Positions 52,900 to 64,000 of a stretch of 64,000 nt of DNA are shown here, piece after piece; position 1 is the stretch's first letter; every line of letters begins with the position of its first letter. The position numbers were made by a program, and so were the translations under genes. The DNA is from the human T2T-CHM13v2.0 reference genome, Homo sapiens. The notes beneath the pieces were generated by a model. It did not search any database. It had not been told where the DNA came from and saw nothing but the letters and a program-made list of their open reading frames with translations. Location of the stretch: NCBI RefSeq assembly GCF_009914755.1, contig NC_060926.1; one strand, written 5' to 3'.

Positions 52900-55680
52900 T
52901 TATATACTCTGAAACTCATACACTCTTTGCTCCTTGCTTATTTTCCTTTGTGAGATCATGTTATGAACTTTTCTGCATCTTGCTTTAATAACTGCACAGT
53001 ATTCAATACTTCAGTGGTGATTCTATCATAATTTATTCTAACAACCTCCCGTTGAAGGACTTGCACTGTATTTCTAAATGTTTCCCTCCATAAAACAATG
53101 TTTTAATAACAATTCCATTATCTATACCCTGACATATTTGTGTTTTCATTTTGCGGAATTGATTTTCAGTAGTGGGATTGCAGGGTCAAAGGCAATATTT
53201 ACTCTTATATGTGCATAGATGTTGCTAGACTACTGTTTAAAAACTCTGTAACAATTCAAATTTCTGTCACAATGTGTGAGGGAAATAGTATTGATAATAC
53301 ACAATATTGTCAGTCCTGGGAATACTGTGTATTGTAGTTCTTATATTAATAAAGTGTACCAGTATTTTAAATGTAAAGAGAGTACGTTACTGTTAATTTG
53401 ATTTGCATTTCCTTGATGCTAGTGACTTGGATGTTTTTCTCACATGTGTATTGATCATTTGGATATGCTGTTTTATTTTTGGCTTCTTTACATCCTTTGG
53501 CCACCTTTTCCATTTTGTTTTCTGTATTATTTTGCACGTACATAAAAGTTCTTAGTACATAATATATATGTATATATAAAAATCTTTTATCTATATTCCA
53601 TCCTTAAAGATTCATTGTCTGTTTACTGACCCTTTTTAATCACAATGTACGTTGCCATTAAAAAGTTTCTCGTTTGTATGAAGTCAAATATATTTACATT
53701 TTCTTTTACATCTTCTGAGTTTCTTTATTTTGACTGACATCTTTTTTTAATTTCTAGATGATATTTATATTCACCTTCAATTCTTACATGATTTTTCAAC
53801 TTTTATTTTTATTTGTGGGATTTATTTTTGTGTGGTTAAAAGAAAAAGTAGGATCCAAAGTTGTTTTTATATGGTTAAATTTGTCATGGAGTGTCTTGTG
53901 TCAAACCCTGACAAAATGGAACCAGGAAGTCTATGAAGTTTCCACACACAAACTTCCTGTTAACAAGACCTATCACAAATAGCGCTGCTGAAACCAAAAC
54001 CTTGTGCAAAAAATACTCCTACGAGGACATCTGCCCGGCAACTGCTTGCCTAACCTTGGCCTGACAACCACCCTTGTTATTGATCCTTGTAGCCAAGGAT
54101 AATTGTTTCTAAACAGCTTATATAAACCTATTTATTTTTCTTTTAAAAACCTTCGTCTTTCTTTACCTCCCAAAATACACCCATACATCTTCCCACTGCA
54201 TTGTTTATTCCTGAAAAACTTAGTATCTTTGAAGAATCTCTCTGTTTTTTTAAGGTGATGATAAAGATTAATAGTAAGTTATTTCTACTGTTATATTTTC
54301 CACCCTGAATAAGAATACTACCTTTATTATATTAAATTATCATATATACTGTGATTTAATTTTAACTTTCTATTTTCTTTGATTGATTCATGTATCTATT
54401 TTTATTCAAAGAATAAATTGATTTGACCTCAGTATTTTTATAAATTATTATACATCTAAATAAAGCAAGTTCTTCCTTTAATGTTCTCTTGCACTAATCT
54501 CTTGTTTCTTTTGAGGAAGTTTTTCTTCCTTATAATAATTCAAATTATTATTTCCAATGGCAAAACACTATGTCACGTTACTAATTAGAATTGACATAAA
54601 TTTATATACTAATCTTGTAAAAATTGACATTTCATTTAGTCTTAAAATGAAGACTATGATATCTGTCTTCTTTTGTGCAGAACTTATTTTGTATCTATAA
54701 ATACATTTTTTATTTAGTGCTTCATTCAGGACTCTATACTTTAAAAATTATTTCTAGCTAGTGGATAATTTTGAATGCTAGGAAATAGAATATTTTCCCT
54801 GATTCTCTTAGTGTTTTGCTAGAAAATAGACCAACTATTGATTTTTAATACTAGAAATTTCATGGCAGAAAAATCTGAATTTTCTGGGTATACATATCAT
54901 AGAGAAAAATACTTACTTTCCAATGTTTATATCAGCAATCTTATTTTTCTAAATGCATTTTCTAGAATCTGATAGGCACAATTTAAATGAAAATGGTGAT
55001 AGTGGGTGTCCAGTTTCTGATTTTAATTTAAATAGTTTTAGTGTTTTATCTTTTAGGATAACAACAAATGATGACTTTTATTAGTGTTTATTACACTAAA
55101 ATTTCTCATTTGTAGCTGTGATTATATGATCTTTCTTTAATTTATTGATGTACTACTAGAATAAGCTCTATCTGGTTATAGTTTATTGTTTTGCTGACAG
55201 TGTACTTGCTTCTTTTTAATAATGCCTTATTCTTGATTTGAAATTATTGCTTCTACATTCACAAAAATACTATTCTATGTTGTTCTTAATAACAATATTT
55301 TTACCTAGTTATTGTATTAAAGATGTCTTGATTTTACAAAAGGTATTGAGGATTTTTAAATGTTTTCCTAGCTCCCAGGATTACTTAAAATGGTTTAATT
55401 ATCTGTTCTTTTGAAACTAAGTAAAACTCAATTATTAATACAGTAGATCCTGGTAATAGTTTCAATGAACAAAGTTTTCAAATACTTTGTAATAACTAAT
55501 CTTCATATTTTGACTTATTTGAGGTTCATTTTATTTTTGCTATGAAATTTAAGTCATTATTTGCTAGGAATTATAGATTTATTTTAGGATTTCAAATTCT
55601 TTTGATAATATATCCTTTCCAATATTTACATTTATTCCATTACATTTATTGTACTCTATTATATTGCAGCTTTTAACATT
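52900..55680 (-). mobile_element. Highly diverged L1M (L1ME-like) fragments
   Basis: agtagtgggattgcagggtcaaagg, aatttgatttgcatttccttgat, aatggtgatagtggg; T-rich strand bias. Confidence 0.6.
53872..54260 (+). mobile_element. ERV1-type solo LTR (MER90/MER93-like) nested in L1
   Basis: ggacatctgcccggcaactgc...cccttgttattgatccttgtagccaaggataat. Confidence 0.55.
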
Positions 55681-55689
55681 ATTTATTCC

Positions 55690-56207
55690 AATGGCAGGCC
55701 ACATACAAGACCGCCAAATGATCCCTATCTCTCAGTATTTGTGCTTTTATATAATCCCCTCCCATTGAATATAGGATGGATCTGTGATTTGCTTTGAACA
55801 TACAGAATACGGCAAAAATGATGGGTGTGATTAGATTATGAAAAGACTGTCAGACTCTCACTGGCTTCCTCTGAGGCAAGCAATCCATGTTGTAAGCAAC
55901 CCTATGGAGAAGGCTGTCTGGCCAATGGCTAAAGGAAGATGCCTGTTAAAAGCCAGCAAGAAATAGAGCCCCTCAGCCAAACAAATGGAGAAGGACTGAG
56001 TGTTGCTGACAACAACATCAAGAAATTTGGAAGTGGATTATCCTCTCCTTCAGATGAGACTGCAGTCCAGATGACATCTTGATTATCACCCCACGGGAAA
56101 TCTTAAGTCAGAGGCGCCCATCCTAGGCCCAAATTCCTGACCATCAGACACAGGAAAATCAATGTTGGAGGAGTAACTTGTGAACTGAGAAATAGAGAAC
56201 TAATACA
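55690..56207 (+). mobile_element. MaLR solo LTR, MLT1F-like
   Basis: aatcccctcccattgaat...ccctatggagaagg...ccttcagatgagactgcag...actaataca. Confidence 0.8.
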
Positions 56208-56629
56208 AATCCTTTTTCCCAATAATTTTTACCATGGTTTATGTTGTTGTTTCAAATTTCTTTTCAAAATTTAGAATTTTATTTTATTACATACATTAGA
56301 CAAGTCTTAATTTAGATGGATTTAAAAAAAAGAAAAAATACTTAATGTAAAAGAAGGACATAACTATGCAGACCAAACTGGTTGTGAGTTCATGAACTTG
56401 TCAGAGACCCTGGCTCTTTTGAGCTTACTCCTCTAGGTGTAGGCATCTTCTCTCCTTTTGGTACAAGTTCTACCAGGGGAAAAGGTGGGAGAAGGGCCAG
56501 AGATGTGCCAGGGACTTAAGGATATTAAATAATATTTTTATGACAGTAAATTGACTGGATATTTTGCCATGTATCTGGAAAGTAGGCAGGAATATGATAA
56601 TGTTTCAGCAAAGCAGTCATATGCCCATT

Positions 56630-56643
56630 GCTACCATGGTAAC
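56630..56643. promoter_or_regulatory. Candidate RFX X-box
   Basis: gctaccatggtaac matches GTTRCCATGGYAAC at 13 of 14 positions. Motif only. Confidence 0.4.
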
Positions 56644-56662
56644 AGAGTTTGTTACCATAAAG

Positions 56663-56879
56663 CTGGGTTAACAAACTATGACCCATGGTCCAAACCCAGT
56701 CTATTGTCTGCTTTTATAAATAAAATTTTACTGAAACATACCCACATCTCACCATTTATTGTTTTGTTTTCTACGGCTGCTTTCACATTATAATAGCATA
56801 GATAAATGGAGGCAGACAGCATACAATCTGTAAGAAATGTATTAGCAGGCCCTTTACAGAAAATGTTTGCCAACCTCCC
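56663..56879 (+). mobile_element. MER58A hAT-Charlie MITE
   Basis: caaactatgacccatgg...aaataaaattttactgaaaca...ggccctttacagaaaatgtttgccaacc. Confidence 0.85.
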
Positions 56880-57024
56880 ATATAAGAAAGGACAGAATGG
56901 ATGTGGGAAGTAATTTATAAAGTCAGGACAAGAAGCATAGCAGCAGCAAATGCTTTCCATATTTGACATAATAAAAGTGCAGGGATTTCAGGTAGGTGAA
57001 TTATGACACAAAGGTAATTAATCG

Positions 57025-57545
57025 TGTCAGTTAATAACTGCACCATAGTACTGTCCTAAGCACACATCCACATAATCTCTGTGCTATACAATGAGGAGTA
57101 TCTGTTTGGCTCATGAGATGGAAGGTTGGATAGGATTCAGATAACACAGGACAGGCCCAGGCTGGCTTCCCTGCTGGTCCCTGCTAGGCCCACTCATAGG
57201 TCTGCCTGTGCAAGCTAGTACCTGGTCATCTAGGCTGGGTGTGGCTGGTGGCACTGCTTCGTGTTTGTCATCACCTTTTTCATAACTACAGTCTAGGCTG
57301 AGGATATTCTTCTCCTGGTAATGACAGAGAACAAAAGAAGAAACAAACATGAAAATCCTGCCGAGGCTTTTGCTAACATGGGTATAATATCATTTCATCT
57401 TTATTCTATTGGTCAGAGTAAGTCAAATAGACAAATCCAAAGTCAAGAGGCAGGAAGTATACCCCAAAGTGAGTAGATGCTGCTAAGTGTTGTAGCATAG
57501 GGAAGGAAAACAATGGGGTGCAGAACTGGAATTATAACACAGTCT
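57025..57545 (-). mobile_element. MaLR solo LTR, MLT1G/H-like
   Basis: attctattggtcagagtaagtca...ccaaagtcaagaggcaggaagtata. Confidence 0.6.
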
Positions 57546-58896
57546 CTGACATCACTCTGAATGGATTCTTCCCATAGGGCTACCTGGGGAGACGAGAAAA
57601 TTGTCTGAAGGGTGCATTTCCTGTCCCCACAGAGCTGACCAGTGCAAAGGTGTCCATGACAGAGCAAGGGACAGAAATAGTTCTAAGGAAGCTACAGCTG
57701 TGTACACTCAAAATTTAATGTTAGAACTCCTGCCCCACAGAGAGTATGCTGACTAGGTACTGTTGGGCAAGAGAACACCACAGACAGAACCAGCTCAGTA
57801 GAATTCATTTCCCTCTTCTCTAATCTTTGCACCTCCTCCTGCCCCACCCACCTGCTGCATGAAGTATGGAGGCAGATATACATGAAAAATAAATACTGAA
57901 GGTACAACTATTTTATTTCTCCACCTTATATTCCTTAACTTGGGGAAAAGGAGATATTGTGAACTAGATTGAAGATTGAAATCTTGGATATTCCTGAATC
58001 CAGAGTGTTTTCATTTCTAAAATGACCTGTGTTCTTATGACTAAAAAGTGATTGGGAAACCTATGGGCTATGTCTAAAATACCTTCAACAGGGAATGGAG
58101 GGAGAACCTATGCAACATGTCTCAGGACAGCAGTTGGTGAAGAAAAATAAACTTTAAACAATTTTTGTTGTTATTATTTTCATAAATCTTTGAATTAAGT
58201 CTCTTTATTAAATGAATTATAAGAGTAAATCTACCATGGTAGTCTGTGATCTGTTAGAAGAAAAATTTAAGTAGACTCGATGATTCAACAACAAATGGCA
58301 TTTAAAGTATGAAGCTTCAGTGCACGTTTTTTTTGTTGTTGTTGTTATTAATGTGTTACTGGCATGAACTCTGAAAGACTGATGTGGAGTTCCTCCCCTA
58401 CCTCAAGGCAGCAATTTTAGGATCTTCCCATGTTATTCTAAGAGGGCTATTGAAATAACATAACTTAGAGCTGTCCCTGTGAGATCAGAAGGACCAGAAG
58501 ATTAATCCCAATGTGAGCTTCTGTGTATCCTCGGTATTGTGGTTACCTTTGGTCTCATTTGATTGATGGTTCAACAATGAACTGATAAAAATGCAACCTT
58601 GGCTGAGTCTGAATTGTCATTCTCATGAATTATTCCCCTGTGTTAGCCCTGTGGCTAGTCAGGCTTAATCCCCAGGTCACAATGTTATGGTAGGATTAAA
58701 CTGACAACAGAGGGGATAGAATTTGGATTATTATTATCATCACCACCACAATGAGTCAGATCTGTTCATCTTTGATCACAATTTGGTGACAGGATGAGTA
58801 ATTTCATTTATAAACATCCCTAAGCAAAGCCGTCAGGGGAAAGACAGTAGAACTATATCAAAATTATTAGACATACACAGAAAGTATTCAGTAAGT

Positions 58897-59268
58897 TGAT
58901 GTGGTTTGGCTGTGTCCCCACCCAAATCTCATCTTGAATTGTAGCTCCCATAAAACCCATGTGTCATGGGAGGGATCTGGTGGGAGTAATTGAATCATGG
59001 GGGTAGTTATCCCCATGCTGCTGTCCTCGTGATAGTGTATGAGTTCTCATGAGATCTGATGAGAAAAGGGCTTTTCCCCTGTTGGCTCAACACTTCTTCT
59101 TCTTGCCACCATGTGAAGTAGGATGTGTTTTCTTCCCCTTCCTCCATGATTGTATGTTTCCTGAGGCCTCCTCAGCCCTGTGGAACTGTGATCCAATTAA
59201 GTGTCTTTCCATTATAAATTACCCCACCTCAGTATTTCTTCATAGCAGCATGAGAATGAAATAAGACA
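58897..59268 (+). mobile_element. THE1D/MSTA-like solo LTR
   Basis: tgatgtggtttggctgtgtccccacccaaatctcatcttgaattgtagctccc...catagcagcatgagaatg. Confidence 0.9.
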
Positions 59269-60094
59269 GTAGTGATGGCTGAGTTGAGGAATAAATGAAG
59301 GATCCAAATATGACGTTAGACTCTGTCTTTTCTCCACCTCAGTCCTCTGTACAATTCCAATTTTCTTCTCTGAAGGAAAGGGAATAAGGATGGAATTATA
59401 AACACATCTGAAATTCTTATTCGTAATTTAAGTAAAGCTTCTCATGGGTCTCTTCTTTATTTCTTCACATTGACACTCTACTCACCCCCTAATTCCCATT
59501 TCAGTCTCTCCTCCTTCCCACTTATCCTCTTCATAGCACCTAAATATATAGAGTGTTGTAGGGAAGGAATAGAACTAATCACTTTGAATGCATTACCTCA
59601 TTAAGCCTCATAATACAATTATATAGAAGCTATTATTATGCACATTCTATAGATCAAGAGAGCGGAGTTAGAATATTTAAGCAGATTTCCCAAAGCCTAT
59701 TCTTAGGTCTAGGAGTTTGGATTGGTTCTACCCCTGATACACAACCATATTGGTATATTGGCTTCAAGTATGGTTCATACAGTGGTATATGTTCAGCTTA
59801 AAATCCTTCTATTTTCTTCTCTTCAAAAAGAGCAACAAATCATCAATAGAACAGTTCAGATGCTTACTACTTCCCTTTTACAGTAATTAAGTGCAGTGCA
59901 CAGAGTGGTACCAAGGAAGAGCTGGGGCAGAGATGTGATGTGTGACCTATCACGATTTCAATCGTCCCTTCCCATATTTTTATATGAACATTCAGCATTT
60001 TTAACACTGTGTATATGCAGCTTCAACTCATTCTATCAGGTACCTGCTGTTAAAACTCTCACACATTTCACTGCTACCATTGCATGTTTTTTCA

Positions 60095-60380
60095 ACCTAG
60101 AACCTTGGCATTTCTTGTTTTGTAGTCACCTAATTCCAACCTCGACTGCAGCCATCCCATGGTTGTCTTCCCTCTGTGTGATTCTGTCCTCACATAAGAA
60201 TTTCCACTTCTTATAAGAACACCAGTTATATTGGATTAAGGGCCCATACTGTTCCAGTATTATCTCATTTTAACTAGTTAGAGCTACAAGGTCCCTCTTT
60301 CCAAATAAAGCAACATGCACAGAGACTACGCGTCAGGGCTTCAACGTATCTTTTTGGGTAACACATTTAGCACATAGTAT
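60095..60380 (-). mobile_element. Partial MLT1B/C-like LTR
   Basis: cttataagaacaccagttatattggattaagggccc...tttccaaataa...cttcaacgtatctttttggg. Confidence 0.75.
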
Positions 60381-60856
60381 AGATGCTAGAAAATTATTTT
60401 TTTCTCTATAATTTTACACAGTTTTAAAAAAAGGGGTTCAGGCCAAATGATCTCTGACTTCTTTTACAATTCTAATAGGCCTTGTCCCTGAAAGCTTTTT
60501 TTATTGGCATTTTTTATAATTTGAAGAATTTGTTTTAATTGAAAGGACTGGAAAAAAATTACTGTATTCTCATGCGTACACACACACAAAGATTCAGTGA
60601 GCATAGCTTGAAGCATGCACAGCACTGATGGGAACAGAAAAGAAAAATATTTAAGATCCGTCAAGGTCACAGGGGACTGCCAGAGGCTTATATACTGCCT
60701 TGTTTCTAAGGTCAGCTGCTAGACAGCTTACAAGAGTTTTGTTTGCACAAAGATTAATTTAGAGATTAACCAGGTGACCTTGCGAAGCTCCTGAAGAAGG
60801 CTTTTCATGAAAGCCCATAAAACATATTTGTAGGTGGTTGTTAATATTTATTGAAG

Positions 60857-60891
60857 TGTGTGTGTGTGTTCGTGTGTGTATGTGTGTGTGT
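60857..60891. repeat. (TG)n microsatellite
   Basis: Interrupted TG run. Confidence 0.9.
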
Positions 60892-61576
60892 CCACACTTT
60901 ACCATAGCCCAAGATCCTGAGGAATAAATTTCCATCATCCTTTAGCTTTCTTCTTCTTGAGATCTTATTATCTGAATGACTTTATACATACTAAAAAGTA
61001 ATCAAAAAATTTCAGGAGTGCAGCTACCTCTGTGTTGGATGGTGACTGTATGGTGTTTTAAACATTTGGCCATAGATAATGAAAGCTTATTTATCTCAGT
61101 TCTTTCGATGAGTATTAGACTGGAGCATGACTGAATCTGATGTGTGCTCAGAACACAAATGAAAGCCAAAAGTTTACAACAGGATTTTTCATCCCATTAT
61201 AATGATGTTTTCTTCATGGAAGGATGTGCAGGAGAATTGAATGAGAGGAAAGAGGAGGAAGAACTAACATTTGTTCATACTAGGATTAGGGGAAAGCACT
61301 GATACTTTTAGTTTTTTTGTGATAAGTGTTTCATACGCTCATCTCATTTTCACCTATGGGTACATTCTCTGATTGTTCTCATGTTATCAAAAAATAAATT
61401 GAGGCTTCTAAAATTAAGTCATTTGCTTCCGATTAAACAAGTGATAGGATATGGAGCCAAAATTTGGACTAAGTCATGTGCCACTGATCATACAGGCGGT
61501 AGAAAATTGAGCAAAAATTTGGACTAAGATTTGTTAGACCCCAAATCCTTAGCAGACTTTTCTCTAGGCCACAGTT

Positions 61577-61584
61577 GTATGTGT

Positions 61585-61621
<37 letters not shown>
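61577..61621. repeat. (TG)n microsatellite
   Basis: TG run with few interruptions. Confidence 0.92.
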
Positions 61622-61624
<3 letters not shown>

Positions 61625-61841
61625 GAAGAGACAGAGGCAATCATTGTCATCCAAAGGAAGCCAATGTGTCAGGAATGTTGTCAGGACACTTTACATTTTC
61701 CTGTTTATTTCTTGCTCTAAAGATTCTTCATCTCAGATTGCTCCTTGTGAAATTATGAGGTGTTTAAAAGTATGAGTCTGTTGACCTGGATAAAAAAAAA
61801 ATGCATGGGTAGTGGGTTATAACAAAGAAGTTATTGACATT

Positions 61842-62826
61842 TGTATTAGTCAAATTAGTCAAATTCCATTGGTTTCAAAAAACAGAACCAATAGAATAAC
61901 TACAGCTACAGAGGGAGAAAGAGAAAGAGAGAGAAGGAAAGAGAGAGAGGGGGAGAGAAAGAGAGATTATAGGAAATTGGTTCAAATGATTTCAGGGTCT
62001 GACAAGTCCCAAGATCTGCAGGGTGAGTCAGCAAGCTGGATTACCGTGAAAGCTAGCAGTGTAGTTCCAGTTCCACTCAGAGTCTGAAGGCCTAAAAACC
62101 AGATGGTGTAAGCTGATGGCATAGTTCCAGGCTAAAAGCTGATAAGCTTGAGACCTAGGGAAAGCCAATGTTTCAGTTTGTGTCTGGATGCAAGAAGAAA
62201 CTGATGTAACAATCTGAGTGCCACCAGGTGGGATAGACTGTCTTTCACTTAAGGTAGACTCAGACTATATTCTTTTCAGACCTTCAACTGATTTAATGAG
62301 GACCACCCACATTAAGATAGTAATTTGCTTTATTCAGTCTACAGGTTAAAATGAGAATATCATCTCAAAACACCCTCACAGAAGCATCCTGAATAATGTT
62401 TCACCAACTGTCTGGGCACCTTGTAGCCCATTCAAGTTGACACATGCTTATGATTTACATATTTATGTCCCGTCAACATACATATTTTGAAATCCTAACT
62501 GCCACATTGAAGGTTTTACAAGGTGGAATAATTAGGAAAGTAATTAGGTCATGAAGTCAGAACCTTTATAAATGGGACTAGTGCCCTTAAAAATAGGTTC
62601 AAAGGAGCTCGTTCACCTCTTCCACTAGGTAAGATACAGTTAAATCTGCATCTATGAGGGAATGGGTCCTCACCAGACACAAAATATATCTGAGTCTGGA
62701 TCTTGGACTTCCAAACTTCCAGAAACATGAGAAATAAATATACGTTATTTATAAGCCACCCAGTCTAAGGTATTTTGTTATAACAACCTGAATGGACTAA
62801 GATAACGTATAAAATTAACCATCATA
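61842..62826 (-). mobile_element. MLT2 (ERVL) LTR interrupted by MLT1A
   Basis: acagaaccaatag, tgacaagtcccaagatctgcag, gtctgaaggcct, caagttgacaca, then after the insert taaaattaaccatcata. Confidence 0.85.
62445..62804 (+). mobile_element. MLT1A-like solo LTR nested in MLT2
   Basis: tgcttatg...ttgaaatcctaact...gatcttggacttcca...tttataagccacccagtct...gaatggactaagata. Confidence 0.85.
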
Positions 62827-63119
62827 GAATTGGTAAACCTTTCTTTTCAAAAAATGACGTTCATTCAATTTGTTAACACAGATAATCTTATTTAGACCTA
62901 AAGAAAAAATAGTTATAAATTGAATATTAAGAAATATCTTACACTATTTCTGCAACAAAGCTGCCTTTTCCTCTTTGCACCTAATTAGAGTTCTCTGAAA
63001 TTCTCTGTAAGCATTATTTCCCACTGTTTTTTTCCCACACATGCAATGTGCTAAAAATGCCAGAACACTCATATGCCCTGAACATCCCCATGCAGCCATG
63101 CACTCATATGCCCTGAGCC

Positions 63120-63830
63120 TTTCATCGTGCTGTGTCCTGTGCATAAAGAGACCTTTCCTGCCCCCATTCTCTATCTAAAAGAAACCTGCCTGATTTTCAA
63201 AGGCCAATACATATATCACCTCCTTTGTGAAGTGTTTCCTCTGTCCTTGACCAACAAAATTGTCCAGTCCCTCTACTTGATCAGAGAGTACTGTTCATAC
63301 TACTAGCACAATGTCTGCCCTGACTCTTAGTTGTAAGGAGGCACATTGTCCATAGCTCAACCTATCAATCAATAACAGCCAGCCTGACCACTCCAGCTCC
63401 CTTGGCAACAACCCCTCAGTGCTTTTTTACTTTGTTCCCAACGTGCTTCCTTTGATTCATGTCTCAACCTGCCTCTGCCTTTGGCTTCTGCTTCTCCTTT
63501 GTACATTTTGTATTGAGATTTGTCCTTGCTGATTTTGGCTTCTGAGGTACCCCAAAGAGTCATTATTTTACATATATGGCTACACTATTCAAGAATGCTT
63601 TGAGCAAGACCCTCCCGGAGGGCCAAATTCTCAGTTGGGGCCTTCTTCACCCCTCTACGTGTGAATTCATTCACAGAGAACTTATCACTCTAATCTCTAT
63701 TTATGTAATTATTTCTCTCCTGTTAGACGGTGAGCTGTTTTTTGTGTAGAATTTATATCGCATTCATCTATGTTTCTCTTGTGATTTCCTTATGTTTATC
63801 ATAATTTTTATGCTTAATAAATATGTGTGG
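63120..63830 (+). mobile_element. L2 3' fragments, interrupted
   Basis: atcacctcctttgtgaagtgtttcct; gttagacggtgagct...atgcttaataaatatgtgtg. Confidence 0.5.
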
Positions 63831-64000
63831 CCTGGATTAGATTAAGTGTATTTTTATCTTGAGTGTCCTCTTTACTCCTCTCAGCTTCTAAATTCTTGCT
63901 CTCCTTTCAATGCTAATTCTAGTCTTCTTGGATTACCCCAGCTGGAGGTGATTTGTTCTGAACTGGATTCCTATCTCTCATAGAAAGCAAATGTTACTCC

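Noticed and set aside
62219-62235. CTCF-like tgccaccaggtgggat
   Set aside because: Lacks the conserved GGC at the end of the core and lies within an MLT2 LTR.

Overview
AT-rich, CpG-depleted, non-coding mammalian DNA. AluS/AluY, THE1/MST, MADE1 and MER85 point to a simian primate, probably human or ape. I find no credible host protein-coding exon, RNA gene or CpG island. Every interpretable ORF in the track comes from a transposon (L1 reverse transcriptase, ERV1 gag, MaLR ORF, Alu) or a simple repeat. Much of the window is interspersed repeat: a two-LTR MER4-group ERV1 provirus with PBS, PPT and 4-bp TSD (30081-35741); a second, 5'-deleted ERV1 provirus with gag and env relics (~14870-23680) hosting a TA-rich minisatellite, an AluSp and a three-LTR THE1 composite; several L1s; many MaLR/ERVL LTRs; DNA transposon MITEs (MADE1, MER85, MER58); and MIR/L2 relics. 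I see no supportable new biological system. The best second-look items are a MER85 retaining its CSB-PGBD3-type palindrome, a perfect 35-bp inverted repeat inside the TA array, rearranged or nested elements, and candidate CTCF, RFX and E-box sites in unique sequence. Subfamily names are from recalled consensus sequences, not a database search.
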